Below are positions 1-9,084 of a stretch of 44,352 nt of DNA, piece by piece. Origin of the DNA: a virus; IMG/VR virus record IMGVR_UViG_3300045258_000084, positions 1-44,352 of that record; one strand, written 5' to 3'. Each line of letters starts with the position of its first letter. Position 1 is the first letter of the stretch. The notes beneath the pieces are model-generated. The model was not told the origin of the DNA. It was given only the letters and a program-made list of their open reading frames with translations, and searched no databases. Both the position numbers and the translations under genes were made by a program.

Positions 1-127
1 GCAGACTTTCGTCAATAACCCGGCTGGATGCAGCTTTATAGACACCCTTGCTGTACCGGCTGGTTATTAAGCTTTAAAGTTACATAGAGGTAAAAGAAAA
101 TGCATAAGTTCTTTAAGTTTCTTCGAG
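1..127. repeat. Terminal direct repeat copy 1, identical to 44226..44352 (circular-assembly overlap)
   Basis: All 127 nt at the window start recur verbatim at the window end. The repeat cuts through the capsid gene 3' end (1..70 = 44226..44295) and the 5' end of the next gene, so the unique genome is 44,225 bp. Confidence 0.95.
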
Positions 128-465
128 ACCATGAAGGTAAATACTTCGATGTTGAAAGCAATTGGCAGAATTATTCTACCATTAACTCTCCTACTGGAAA
201 TCCTAATGGTGGAAAACCAAGTGTAATCGCCTCCGCAAACGTAATCGCGCCTGTTGGATTCTTAACTAAGCTAACAGGTAATACAGTAGTTAAGACAATC
301 ACACCTCCATACACTGATAGAGTTCATATGATTGCTATCATGTATGCTGGTGTGGCAGGAAGTGACGCGACTGGTAATATTACAGTTTTGGTTACTTCAA
401 TTGCGCTTCAGACTGTGCTATATATTTTTGAACCATTAACTCAAAAATATACGCCGGTTCAGTAG
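100..465 (+). CDS. Virion-module protein of unknown family (possible minor capsid/decoration protein)
   Basis: 121-aa ORF about 30 nt after the capsid gene, with gaggtaaaag upstream. Its N-terminus MHKFFKFLRDHEGKY mirrors the capsid N-terminus MYNWFKFVNDHGGTY. A hairpin follows. Confidence 0.6.
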   Translation: MHKFFKFLRDHEGKYFDVESNWQNYSTINSPTGNPNGGKPSVIASANVIAPVGFLTKLTGNTVVKTITPPYTDRVHMIAIMYAGVAGSDATGNITVLVTSIALQTVLYIFEPLTQKYTPVQ

Positions 466-474
466 TTAGTTATA

Positions 475-505
475 GGGGAGATGGGTATAAACTCATCTCT
501 CCTTT
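475..505 (+). terminator. Hairpin plus short T-run after the capsid gene pair
   Basis: ggGGAGATGggtataaactCATCTCtCC followed by tttaaaaa. The stem is 6 bp plus 2 bp with one bulge. Confidence 0.45.
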
Positions 506-521
506 AAAAAGGAGAACAAAA

Positions 522-929
522 ATGGCAAATGTTGGTGAAATTATTAAAGATTTTATTGAATTAGGTTATAATTACCTTTTAACTCATAATAAGTATGTTG
601 CTGAAATGAAGGAAAATGAACATACTATTGCTATTGCAAATTCTCCTGGACATGAAGCTCAATTGAAATTAAATTTATTACATAATTTAAATAAGAATGG
701 GGAGTTACCAGTTAAGCCAGTAGTTGCTAAAGTTAAGGATGAAGTTAAGGGAATTGAAAAGTCTGAAGAACCAACTAAAGTTGATATGGATGGACTTAAA
801 AAAGAATTAGAGAAACTAAGGACCAAAGAAGCAGAAAAATTAAAAGTAGAAGGCGGAGTGTTCGGAAAGTTCGAAAATCAAAAGGAAGAAAATAAGGAAA
901 AGGGAGATGGACAACAGAATAATTCCTGA
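522..929 (+). CDS. Lys/Glu-rich coiled-coil-like protein, morphogenesis module
   Basis: 135-aa ORF with a GGAG Shine-Dalgarno (aaaaggagaacaaaaATG) and a charged K/E-rich C-terminal half. Confidence 0.6.
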   Translation: MANVGEIIKDFIELGYNYLLTHNKYVAEMKENEHTIAIANSPGHEAQLKLNLLHNLNKNGELPVKPVVAKVKDEVKGIEKSEEPTKVDMDGLKKELEKLRTKEAEKLKVEGGVFGKFENQKEENKEKGDGQQNNS

Positions 930-1509
930 TTTTATAGTAAGAATAAATAACCAATTAGCTAGTAAATATGGTTATTTTGAAGGGATGAAAAATTGCCCAA
1001 ACTTTCGGGTAGTGTGGTCTAATGATCAATATGAACATAGATTAACTGCTTATACTAAGGAAGGATTACAATTAATTCATCCCGAAGTTAGATATCTACC
1101 CAAATATAGTCAGTGGTTAAGTAGTAGATGGGTAATTGAAAAATGTGTTCCTATTCCAGAACTTAATCGAAAAGATTTAGTCGCGGAGAAGTTTTCATAT
1201 GAACCACTGCATGGTTTTATAAATGTTTATACAGATAAACCTATAGATCCTACATATAGAGCTTGCGAATTTTTAGTTGAAAATGTTTTAGCTCAATTAA
1301 GAGTGAGAAATGGAATTCCCCAAGCTAAATATGAGGATCCACTCTTTAATGCAAGTGATCCTAAAATTTCTCGTGAAGTGAAAGAAGCTCATTTAAATGA
1401 ATTAGAGAGAGAATTATTCGGTAATGATACTTCTGTAACGGATAAATTAATGACTCAAGAAGCTGTGATAGTTCCATCTAATTTCGAAAAAATGGTAAAG
1501 GAAATTTAG
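907..1509 (+). CDS. Hypothetical morphogenesis-module protein
   Basis: 200-aa ORF overlapping the upstream gene by 23 nt. I recognise no motif. Confidence 0.6.
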   Translation: MDNRIIPDFIVRINNQLASKYGYFEGMKNCPNFRVVWSNDQYEHRLTAYTKEGLQLIHPEVRYLPKYSQWLSSRWVIEKCVPIPELNRKDLVAEKFSYEPLHGFINVYTDKPIDPTYRACEFLVENVLAQLRVRNGIPQAKYEDPLFNASDPKISREVKEAHLNELERELFGNDTSVTDKLMTQEAVIVPSNFEKMVKEI

Positions 1510-1511
1510 TC

Positions 1512-2243
1512 ATGCCCAGTACTTTAGATTTAGTAAAAGAAGGATTAGCAGTTCCAGTTCATTATAGTAAGGCTCCCATCAACCCTCTAGATAAATGCAC
1601 TATTGTGAGTGTATGGCCTAAACCTATTAAAGAAACTAAGCCAATGATTCATCCATCTGTATGGCAAATGCCAGCAGTAGAGGTGGGTAAAGTTTATACT
1701 GATTATGAAATTAGTGTAATTGGTCCCGCTTCGTGGTGGAAAGAAATGGAGCCTAATCAACCTTGGTTAGAAATTGTAACTAATTCATTAGATATGGCTA
1801 AGGCTTGGATTGGCGACTATTGTAAGATGTTAGGTGTAGATGGGGAAAAGATGCCAGGACTATTTTGGGTCCCAGGTAAATTTTCTAAGTTAACAGTTAA
1901 GAGCTATAAGAATGAAGATACTGGTGAGACTTTTGAGAGCTTAATAACTAAAGCAAGAACGATGCAGGATAATTTCTTTAAGGAATTAGTTAGAATTGCA
2001 GATATTGGTTGGGCGCGGAGTAATGGTAATCCATTAGCTATTAGTGATGATGCAAGGTTAGGCGCGGAATTATTAGGGACTAGTAATAAAAAGGCTTGGA
2101 TGCAGGATTTCAAGGCTTATGAATTAATTAATTGCAAAGCCTGCGGACATATGGTTAATCCAATGTATCCCATTTGTTCTAATTGCAAGGCTATAGTTAA
2201 TGAAGCAAGAGCAAAGGAATTAAATATTAAATTCGCTGAGTAA
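1512..2243 (+). CDS. Hypothetical structural-module protein with C-terminal zinc ribbon
   Basis: 243-aa ORF starting 3 nt after the previous stop. The C-terminus has CKAC-x10-CSNC. Confidence 0.65.
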   Translation: MPSTLDLVKEGLAVPVHYSKAPINPLDKCTIVSVWPKPIKETKPMIHPSVWQMPAVEVGKVYTDYEISVIGPASWWKEMEPNQPWLEIVTNSLDMAKAWIGDYCKMLGVDGEKMPGLFWVPGKFSKLTVKSYKNEDTGETFESLITKARTMQDNFFKELVRIADIGWARSNGNPLAISDDARLGAELLGTSNKKAWMQDFKAYELINCKACGHMVNPMYPICSNCKAIVNEARAKELNIKFAE

Positions 2244-2254
2244 TAGGAAAATAA

Positions 2255-2947
2255 ATGCCAGTTCAGATTACGGCTAAAGATGTATTTAATCGCGCCAGAG
2301 TTCATTTAAATGATGCTCAAGCGCAGGTTTATACTGATATTGTTTTAAAGGAATATCTCCAAACTGCGTTAGATGAACTGGCAGAGGTATATGAGGATAA
2401 TGGACTTCCATTAACCGATAAAGTAACTCCAGTTGCCCTACAATTAGCTGCTGGAGTTCGGGATATTGGGGGACCAATAGGTCCAGCTTTACCCAATGAT
2501 TTAGTTGAGATTACTGCATTATATGAAAGAACTTCAGGAAGTAATCAAGATTTCAATCTAATGCGTCGTATGGATTTTCTTCCTGAATATACAGTTCAAA
2601 CCGCGTATAATGTTTACTGGGTTTGGCAACAGCAATTTATTAGATTGTTAGGGGCTACTACTGCACTAGAAGTTATGATTGAATATGTGGCTAACTTATT
2701 TCCAACTATAGTTGATGCAAATACAGTTATTCCAATTATCAATGTTAAAAATACTTTAGCTTTTAGAGTTGCGGGTTTAGCAGCAGAGTTTATCGGTGAA
2801 AATGCTAGTAGAGGACAATCTTTAAATGGACAAGCTGGAAATGCATTAGATAGGTTAATGAATCTTTCAGTGAGGGGTGAACAATTCGTTACAACTAGAA
2901 GGAGGCCATTTAGAGCTAATTATAAACAACGTAGTAGGGGTTGGTAA
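2255..2947 (+). CDS. Hypothetical virion protein (adaptor / tail-tubular-A position)
   Basis: 230-aa ORF. The call rests on position only, between capsid-proximal genes and large tail genes. Confidence 0.5.
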   Translation: MPVQITAKDVFNRARVHLNDAQAQVYTDIVLKEYLQTALDELAEVYEDNGLPLTDKVTPVALQLAAGVRDIGGPIGPALPNDLVEITALYERTSGSNQDFNLMRRMDFLPEYTVQTAYNVYWVWQQQFIRLLGATTALEVMIEYVANLFPTIVDANTVIPIINVKNTLAFRVAGLAAEFIGENASRGQSLNGQAGNALDRLMNLSVRGEQFVTTRRRPFRANYKQRSRGW

Positions 2948-3009
2948 ATAGTAGTGCAGTTATATATTCCAATTTCTGGAAATATAACGAAGATATCCTA
3001 CAGGAGTAA

Positions 3010-3633
3010 ATGATGCCTTACAGATTTATTAAGAATATGAATGCCATGATTAACCAGTTGGTTAAGAATGACATTTATCTCGCAGTTGATACAGGAGTTC
3101 CTACTTCTGGTTCTACAGGAACTGGAGCTGGATTTGCAGGGACAGGTTCCCCATATATTAACTTAACTACTGGTATTGCATATGTTAATATTGGAACTAA
3201 AGCCATTCCTCAGTGGCAATTAGGTGGTGGAACTGCTATTGCCGGTGTGGGTAGTGACCAGGCTTTAAGATTAAGATTTACTACCGCGCAAGTTAATGCT
3301 GGTGCCCCAATTTTACCAGCTATTCCAGGATGGCGCTATAGAATCTTGGATATGACCATGATTGCTATTGGTGGTGCTGCTTCAGGTGCCACTGATGTTA
3401 GAATTAATGCTACTCAGGCTACAATTGCAGTTGCATTATTAACAGTAGCAATTGCTGCATTAACTCAATCTACAGTAGTTAGAGCAGGCGCGGCTAATGC
3501 TGTAGTTTTAGCAGATGGAGCTTCATTTGTTCAGAATGATGTGAATACTCCAATTCTTATTGCTAAAACTGGTGGCGCTTTAGCTACAGCAACCGCAATT
3601 GATGTGATTATTTCCTATCAGATTGAGCAGTAA
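3010..3633 (+). CDS. Ala/Gly/Thr-rich structural protein
   Basis: 207-aa ORF with a GGAG SD (acaggagtaaATGATG), followed by a perfect 9-bp GC-rich hairpin, which suggests a highly expressed structural gene. Confidence 0.6.
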   Translation: MMPYRFIKNMNAMINQLVKNDIYLAVDTGVPTSGSTGTGAGFAGTGSPYINLTTGIAYVNIGTKAIPQWQLGGGTAIAGVGSDQALRLRFTTAQVNAGAPILPAIPGWRYRILDMTMIAIGGAASGATDVRINATQATIAVALLTVAIAALTQSTVVRAGAANAVVLADGASFVQNDVNTPILIAKTGGALATATAIDVIISYQIEQ

Positions 3634-3639
3634 TTATTT

Positions 3640-3664
3640 GAGGGGAGGTAATTAGCCTCCCCTC
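3640..3664 (+). terminator. GC-rich hairpin (terminator/attenuator-like)
   Basis: GAGGGGAGG-taattag-CCTCCCCTC, a perfect 9-bp stem 7 nt after the stop codon. The trailing T-run is poor (acttatt). Confidence 0.55.
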
Positions 3665-3680
3665 ACTTATTGGGTATATA

Positions 3681-5765
3681 ATGTCACTGAGAGATCACGA
3701 ACCAATAACATATGATGAGTTTAATGGTTTATGGGCGCGTGGTGACTTTGATAGTTGTCCCCCAGACCATTTTACTGCATGTAATAATATAGATTACTCT
3801 GAAACCTCTGTTATTACTAGAGGCCCATTTACTAGGGATTACTCTGGTAATATTTTGATGGTTCGGCAAAGATTATTTATAACTAATATTGTGGGACAAC
3901 AAACTATTTTTTCAATGGGATTGGATGCCGCGTCGAATTTCTATAAACAGCAATTATCTCCAGCTTTGGACCCAAATCCTATTCAATTAATACCTCCAGA
4001 TTCCCCACCTAATGCGCCATCAATTAGAGGAAATCCAATTGATTTTGATTTGGTTAATATTAATGGGCGCGCTTATATTACATTTTCCTATGCTACAGTT
4101 GGATTAACTTTTAATCTTGCGGGATTTTCGGGTTGGGTTTATATTTATGATGGAGTTACATTTAGAGTTGCGGGTAATTCCAGACCATTATTGGGCGCGT
4201 GGAACGTAGTTGCTGGAGGTGCTGGAAGTGGTTCAGTGGATATGGGCTATCATAGTTTCGCGGTAGCCTTTGAATCATCTTCAGGTGCTATAAGTGCATT
4301 AACATTTTTTCCCGCGCCAGTTCAATTTGTTGATAACACGCGCCAAGTCCAAATGACTAATATTCCAGTTGATGCTGGAACATTTACCGCAGCAGCTACA
4401 GTTGCTAGAAGAATATATGCAACTAAAGCTAATGCTCAAGCTGCTTCATTAGGTCAATATTATTTAGTAACTCGAATCGCGGATAATGTAACCGCGGCCT
4501 TAAATTTTACATTCTTTGATTCTCAATTATTGGAAAATGATACTTTTTTAACTACTTCATTAGATCAAATTCCATGTGGTGTGGGAATTGGAAAATATCA
4601 TAATAGATTAGTTTTATGGGGATTTCCTTATGAAACTATTACTATTCGCACTGCTACTATTGGAAGTGCTGCGGTAACTTTAAATTTAACACCCTCCACA
4701 GTATTATTTTCAAATGTAAACGCGCCCGAAATATTTGATACTTTAAATAACTTAGTTATTCTTGATGCTAATGCCGTAGGTTCTATTGCGGATATAAGTG
4801 GAAATTCTTTACCTGTGGGTATAACCGCGGGCCAAGAATATCGTGATATATTTTATGCATTTAAATTAACTAAAACTTATGCGTTACAGGATAATCAAGA
4901 TGTTCCCGCGACTTGGCCGGTTACCGCAGTAGATGAGGGAAGTGGCGCATTTGTTAAAGGTGTATCAACCGTATTAGATACTAGTGGTGTTAATTATGAA
5001 TATTTAGTAGTATCTAATGTAACAGGAATGTATACTTTTAATGGATTATTTGTTAGACCTGAATTAACTTGGAAAATTGCAGATTTATGGAAAACTATAT
5101 TTAAAACTCCAGGAAATAATCTTTCAGCACCTAATTATCTTCAGGGCAAATTTCATACAGTTTTGGATACTATTAATAAGAAAATTTATATTTTATTAAC
5201 CTTTAGTTCTGATATTAATGCGCGATTTATCTTATTATGTGATTTCACTAATACTTTTATTGGGGATCCCAATTTTAGTAAAAGTTGTAAATGGGCCTTA
5301 TGGTCATTTTCTGGAACTGCTACTACAACTAATATCTATACCTTATTTGGTTGGGATACTGGCACATTCTTAGCTTTATTAGGATGCGGTCAAGATGGTG
5401 GCAATTATATTTATAACGGGGGAAGCACTACTAGAGAATTAGTTCTAAATCCATTTTTTCAATCTAATTATATTACAGATGATAATGAAGGAATTATTCA
5501 TTTAGCAGGAATTAGATTTAGAGTTACGGGGCTTAGTGCTACCCCCTCAAATCTTACAGTAACTGTTTTTGGGGAGGATAAAACTCAAAGTAATGTATTA
5601 GCCCCATTACCTATTACTTTGACTCCTGGAATATCTCCAACTCTATTAGCTAATTTTATTTCTCAGAAAATTTTAATAAGAGTAACCGCGCCAAATGGTG
5701 GATATTTTAATATTAATAAGATATTCGCTTTTGTCAAATCAATTTACGCAGCCTTACCACAATAA
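3681..5765 (+). CDS. Large tail (nozzle / tail-tubular-B-like position) structural protein
   Basis: 694-aa ORF, the largest in the tail region. Called on size and position, with no family motif recognised. Confidence 0.6.
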   Translation: MSLRDHEPITYDEFNGLWARGDFDSCPPDHFTACNNIDYSETSVITRGPFTRDYSGNILMVRQRLFITNIVGQQTIFSMGLDAASNFYKQQLSPALDPNPIQLIPPDSPPNAPSIRGNPIDFDLVNINGRAYITFSYATVGLTFNLAGFSGWVYIYDGVTFRVAGNSRPLLGAWNVVAGGAGSGSVDMGYHSFAVAFESSSGAISALTFFPAPVQFVDNTRQVQMTNIPVDAGTFTAAATVARRIYATKANAQAASLGQYYLVTRIADNVTAALNFTFFDSQLLENDTFLTTSLDQIPCGVGIGKYHNRLVLWGFPYETITIRTATIGSAAVTLNLTPSTVLFSNVNAPEIFDTLNNLVILDANAVGSIADISGNSLPVGITAGQEYRDIFYAFKLTKTYALQDNQDVPATWPVTAVDEGSGAFVKGVSTVLDTSGVNYEYLVVSNVTGMYTFNGLFVRPELTWKIADLWKTIFKTPGNNLSAPNYLQGKFHTVLDTINKKIYILLTFSSDINARFILLCDFTNTFIGDPNFSKSCKWALWSFSGTATTTNIYTLFGWDTGTFLALLGCGQDGGNYIYNGGSTTRELVLNPFFQSNYITDDNEGIIHLAGIRFRVTGLSATPSNLTVTVFGEDKTQSNVLAPLPITLTPGISPTLLANFISQKILIRVTAPNGGYFNINKIFAFVKSIYAALPQ

Positions 5766-6373
5766 TGTCTCTTCAATCTCTTAATGAATCCGCGATTGCT
5801 CAGTCTAATAATGCTCTGTATCAGACTATTAGAGATTTAATCGCGGCGAATGATAAAACTCAAAAGCAACTTGATGCATTAGGATTAAGTATTGGTCCTA
5901 ATGCAGGATTAAACGCGGCATTAACATCTTTAAATTTACTAAGTGGACAAATTGCATTCCCAGTTACACCAAATTTATCCCCTCTTCCAAATGTATTAGA
6001 TGATTATCGTGAAATTACGAATGGGTGGATTATAGTTGATACTAGCGGCGCGGGATTGGCTTTAACTACAACTAGTTCAACTGTAATTAAAATTGGTTCA
6101 CTTGTTATTATTGGAATATTATTTAATTATCCAGTAACCGCTAATGGCGCGAATTCTTTAGTTGGTAATTTACCTTATACATGTGAACCTACTCCAGGAA
6201 ATCAATGGAGTGGGTTTTTTGGATTCTCTACTTTAGGGGCACCTATTAAAGCTTTAGTTCTTCAAAATACTAAAACTGTATTATTTACGGATGATGCGGG
6301 AGTTCCTAAAACTAATGTACAATTAAGTGCTAAACAATTCGCTCTTGTATTAGTTTATAGAACTAATGAATGA
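5765..6373 (+). CDS. Tail-associated protein (fiber/spike-like), unknown family
   Basis: 202-aa ORF coupled to the upstream gene by a TAATG overlap. Confidence 0.55.
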   Translation: MSLQSLNESAIAQSNNALYQTIRDLIAANDKTQKQLDALGLSIGPNAGLNAALTSLNLLSGQIAFPVTPNLSPLPNVLDDYREITNGWIIVDTSGAGLALTTTSSTVIKIGSLVIIGILFNYPVTANGANSLVGNLPYTCEPTPGNQWSGFFGFSTLGAPIKALVLQNTKTVLFTDDAGVPKTNVQLSAKQFALVLVYRTNE

Positions 6374-6761
6374 TATGGTTAAAATTAGATTGCTTGAATT
6401 AGAGGATTTACCGCGCCTAGTAGAAATTCATAAAAAATTCTATGCAAATGATTTTCCATTTCCTATTGGAGTTCATCGTAAGCAATTGGATAAGTATATT
6501 GTTACTGATACTGATGATAATATTCTTATTTTTGGAACATTGGAAGTTAACGCGGAATTAATCGCTTTAAGTGATTTGGATGCAGATATTAAGCTTAGGA
6601 GAGAAGCCTATAGTAAATTAATAGCCGCGAATTTATTTGGCGCGGTGAATTATAATTTACCATTTGTATATGCCTCTGCTACATCTGAGGCAATGGAAAA
6701 ACATTTACGACATAGAGGTTTTGAAACTCCTAAACATCCAATTTTAATTCATAAGGTGTAA
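6366..6761 (+). CDS. Hypothetical protein with weak GNAT-like (acetyltransferase-fold) features
   Basis: 131-aa ORF. The N-terminus VKIRLLELEDLPRLVEIHKKFY and C-terminal EAMEKHLRHRGFE resemble GNAT termini, but no clear acetyl-CoA-binding motif is present. Confidence 0.35.
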   Translation: MNDMVKIRLLELEDLPRLVEIHKKFYANDFPFPIGVHRKQLDKYIVTDTDDNILIFGTLEVNAELIALSDLDADIKLRREAYSKLIAANLFGAVNYNLPFVYASATSEAMEKHLRHRGFETPKHPILIHKV

Positions 6762-6763
6762 TT

Positions 6764-8029
6764 ATGAACTTTATACAGAAGCTGATGTATGGTGATGGGG
6801 TTCTCCTAGCTAAAGGAGATCATGATAAGGCAATGACTGCCATCACTAATCAGCAAGCTACTAATAATCAAAATATTGGTAATTTAAGAACTCAGTTTCA
6901 AAATCAATATAAGAATGCTTATACTTCTGACCAAGATTTAAAAAATACTGTTACTCAGGGCTATAAAAATTATCTTGATCCTGATAATTTAGATAATTTA
7001 TTTAAATCTCTTACGGGTGGTGGTAGTGGTGGTTGGGGTGGTGTAAGTGGTGGTATTGACCCATCTTTAATTGATAAATTTGGCGCGGATACCTTTGGCG
7101 GATATGAAGCATTATCACATGGTCTGAGTAATGATTTTAGAACTAAATTTGAAAAATCGATGGGGGATTTAGATACTGGTATTAATAGTTATAAGAACTT
7201 TATTGATACTGGTGGATTCTCTCCTGAAGATATAGCTGCTATGCGCGCCCAAGGTGTAGCACCTACTAGACAAATATATCAGAATGCTCAAGATAATTTA
7301 GCTACCGCGATGAATACTGCTCATGGAAACATGGGTAATGAATCAGTAGCTAGATCAAGAATGGCTGCTGATGCTGCTGATAAAATTGGCGCGGTTAATA
7401 CCTCTACTGAAGCTAATCTTGCTCAACTTAAACAGCAAGGTAAAGAATTTGGAACTACAGGTCTTACCCAAGCATCTCTTGGACAAGCTCAAGCTAGAAC
7501 TGCTGTTGAGCAATTAGATGCTCAATTAAAAGAAGCTGGTTTAGGTGGGATGACTGATATTGAGAAAACTAGGTTGCAGGCTCAATTACAGAATGCTTCA
7601 CTTAATCAATCAGCTTCAGGAAGTAATGCTTCATTAAATGCTCAAATGGCCGCTCTTAAAGCTCAATTACCTTTAAGTGCACTTAAAGGTTTAACTGATT
7701 TATATGGAACTACTCCCGCCGATACAGCTTTAGGGGATAATACTTTACTTCAACTTCAAAATTTGGACCAAAATGGTGGGCAGAATTTAATTAATGCAAG
7801 AATTGGTGCATCTCAAATGCCAAGTAATTTTGATATTGCTATGGGTCGCGTTGGAACTGGATTAAAAATTGCTGGACAAGTTGGCGCGGCTATTGGAACT
7901 GGTGGAGCTTCATTAGCATTACCAGGTGGCGGATTATATGGACCTGGTAGTATGTTTGGTGGTGGTGGGAGTAAGAGTCCATATCAATCATTTGATTATG
8001 GGGATTATTCTAACGCAGCCAATTTCTAA
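6764..8029 (+). CDS. Gly/Gln/Ala-rich internal-virion (ejection)-like protein
   Basis: 421-aa ORF with Gly tracts (GGGSGGWGGVSGG, GGGGSKS) and Q/A-rich coiled segments, located upstream of the giant protein. Confidence 0.55.
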   Translation: MNFIQKLMYGDGVLLAKGDHDKAMTAITNQQATNNQNIGNLRTQFQNQYKNAYTSDQDLKNTVTQGYKNYLDPDNLDNLFKSLTGGGSGGWGGVSGGIDPSLIDKFGADTFGGYEALSHGLSNDFRTKFEKSMGDLDTGINSYKNFIDTGGFSPEDIAAMRAQGVAPTRQIYQNAQDNLATAMNTAHGNMGNESVARSRMAADAADKIGAVNTSTEANLAQLKQQGKEFGTTGLTQASLGQAQARTAVEQLDAQLKEAGLGGMTDIEKTRLQAQLQNASLNQSASGSNASLNAQMAALKAQLPLSALKGLTDLYGTTPADTALGDNTLLQLQNLDQNGGQNLINARIGASQMPSNFDIAMGRVGTGLKIAGQVGAAIGTGGASLALPGGGLYGPGSMFGGGGSKSPYQSFDYGDYSNAANF

Positions 8030-8043
8030 GATAGGGGAAAATA

Positions 8044-9084
8044 ATGTTAGATATTATGGGCATGTTACCTTATCTTAGATTAAGAAATGCTATGCAGCCT
8101 CAAGGTATATCAGGGGAGGAAAATGACCCCGCAGATATCCCATATGATGCTGGTCAAAGGATGAATGATTTATATCATCCCTCCACTACTATGCAAGATA
8201 GATATAGTAGTGAGTTAAATAATAGACCCGACCCGAATAATTTTCAACCAAGTAAATTTCAAAGAATATTCGGGGGAATGGCAGCGTTAACTAATCCTGA
8301 AGTTGGTGAACATATTATTCGGGGGCCATATGAACATGCTATGGCAGATTTTAATACCAATACTAAACAACTTCATGATGCTGCGGATCTTGAATATAGA
8401 AATAATACTAATTCTAGAATACTTGCAAATGATACTATCTCTCGTGAAGAGGGGGATAGGAGAAATGACATTAGTTTAAGGGAAAGTAAGCGTAAAAGTA
8501 AGAAAGATGAAGTTACTCAACAACAAAATGAAGAGAAGATTCAAATTCAGAGAGATAGAGCCCAAGCATATGAATGGTCAAAAACTCATCCTAATTATGA
8601 TGGTAGAATTGATAAAGATGGTAAACTTGTATACGTAAATAAGACTAATCCATCTGATATAGTTCATACTAATATTGATACTGGTAAGATGAATGATTTT
8701 GAAAAGATTCAGGCTAATATTAAGGGTAGGTTAGAAGAAATTGGTTTACAAGGTAAAAATGCTTCTGAGTTAGAAGATAAGAGGCAAACTAATCGAATTG
8801 GTTCAATTGATGAAAAAGCCAGATTAACTCCACCTAAATCTAGTGGTAAAACTACAACAACTACTATTGACCCAAGTGGTAAATCTAAAACTGTAATTTC
8901 TACCAACTTACCAAATCCAGATTCTACCACTACAAATAAGGGAGTAACTCCTGGAAATAATCCCCCTAATAATATGAATATTGATGAAATGGTTTCAGTT
9001 ATTAATCCTCAAGGTAATCGAGTTAAGATTAAGAAATCTCAATTAAATGATGCACTTAAATCGGGTTATAAGCAGGTGCAATAA
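8044..9084 (+). CDS. Internal-virion-like protein with low-complexity C-terminus
   Basis: 346-aa ORF with a T/N/P-rich tail. No CGCG motifs occur in this gene. Confidence 0.5.
   Translation: MLDIMGMLPYLRLRNAMQPQGISGEENDPADIPYDAGQRMNDLYHPSTTMQDRYSSELNNRPDPNNFQPSKFQRIFGGMAALTNPEVGEHIIRGPYEHAMADFNTNTKQLHDAADLEYRNNTNSRILANDTISREEGDRRNDISLRESKRKSKKDEVTQQQNEEKIQIQRDRAQAYEWSKTHPNYDGRIDKDGKLVYVNKTNPSDIVHTNIDTGKMNDFEKIQANIKGRLEEIGLQGKNASELEDKRQTNRIGSIDEKARLTPPKSSGKTTTTTIDPSGKSKTVISTNLPNPDSTTTNKGVTPGNNPPNNMNIDEMVSVINPQGNRVKIKKSQLNDALKSGYKQVQ

Noticed and set aside
1904-2477. Minus-strand ORFs 1904..2113, 2117..2305 and 2286..2477. The same applies to 8709..8930, 10661..10849, 13073..13294, 13546..13755, 15839..16021, 17224..17643, 18794..19237, 23097..23351, 23900..24088, 26544..26729, 32074..32274 and 40501..40698.
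   Set aside because: All lie opposite to, or out of frame within, longer operon-oriented genes. They have no SD and are short enough to be expected by chance in AT-rich DNA.
7018-7056. GGT-rich tract in gene 6764..8029 as a structured repeat or slippage site
   Set aside because: It simply encodes a Gly-rich linker (GGGSGGWGGVSGG) within a low-complexity virion protein, and the unit is not a regular tandem repeat.
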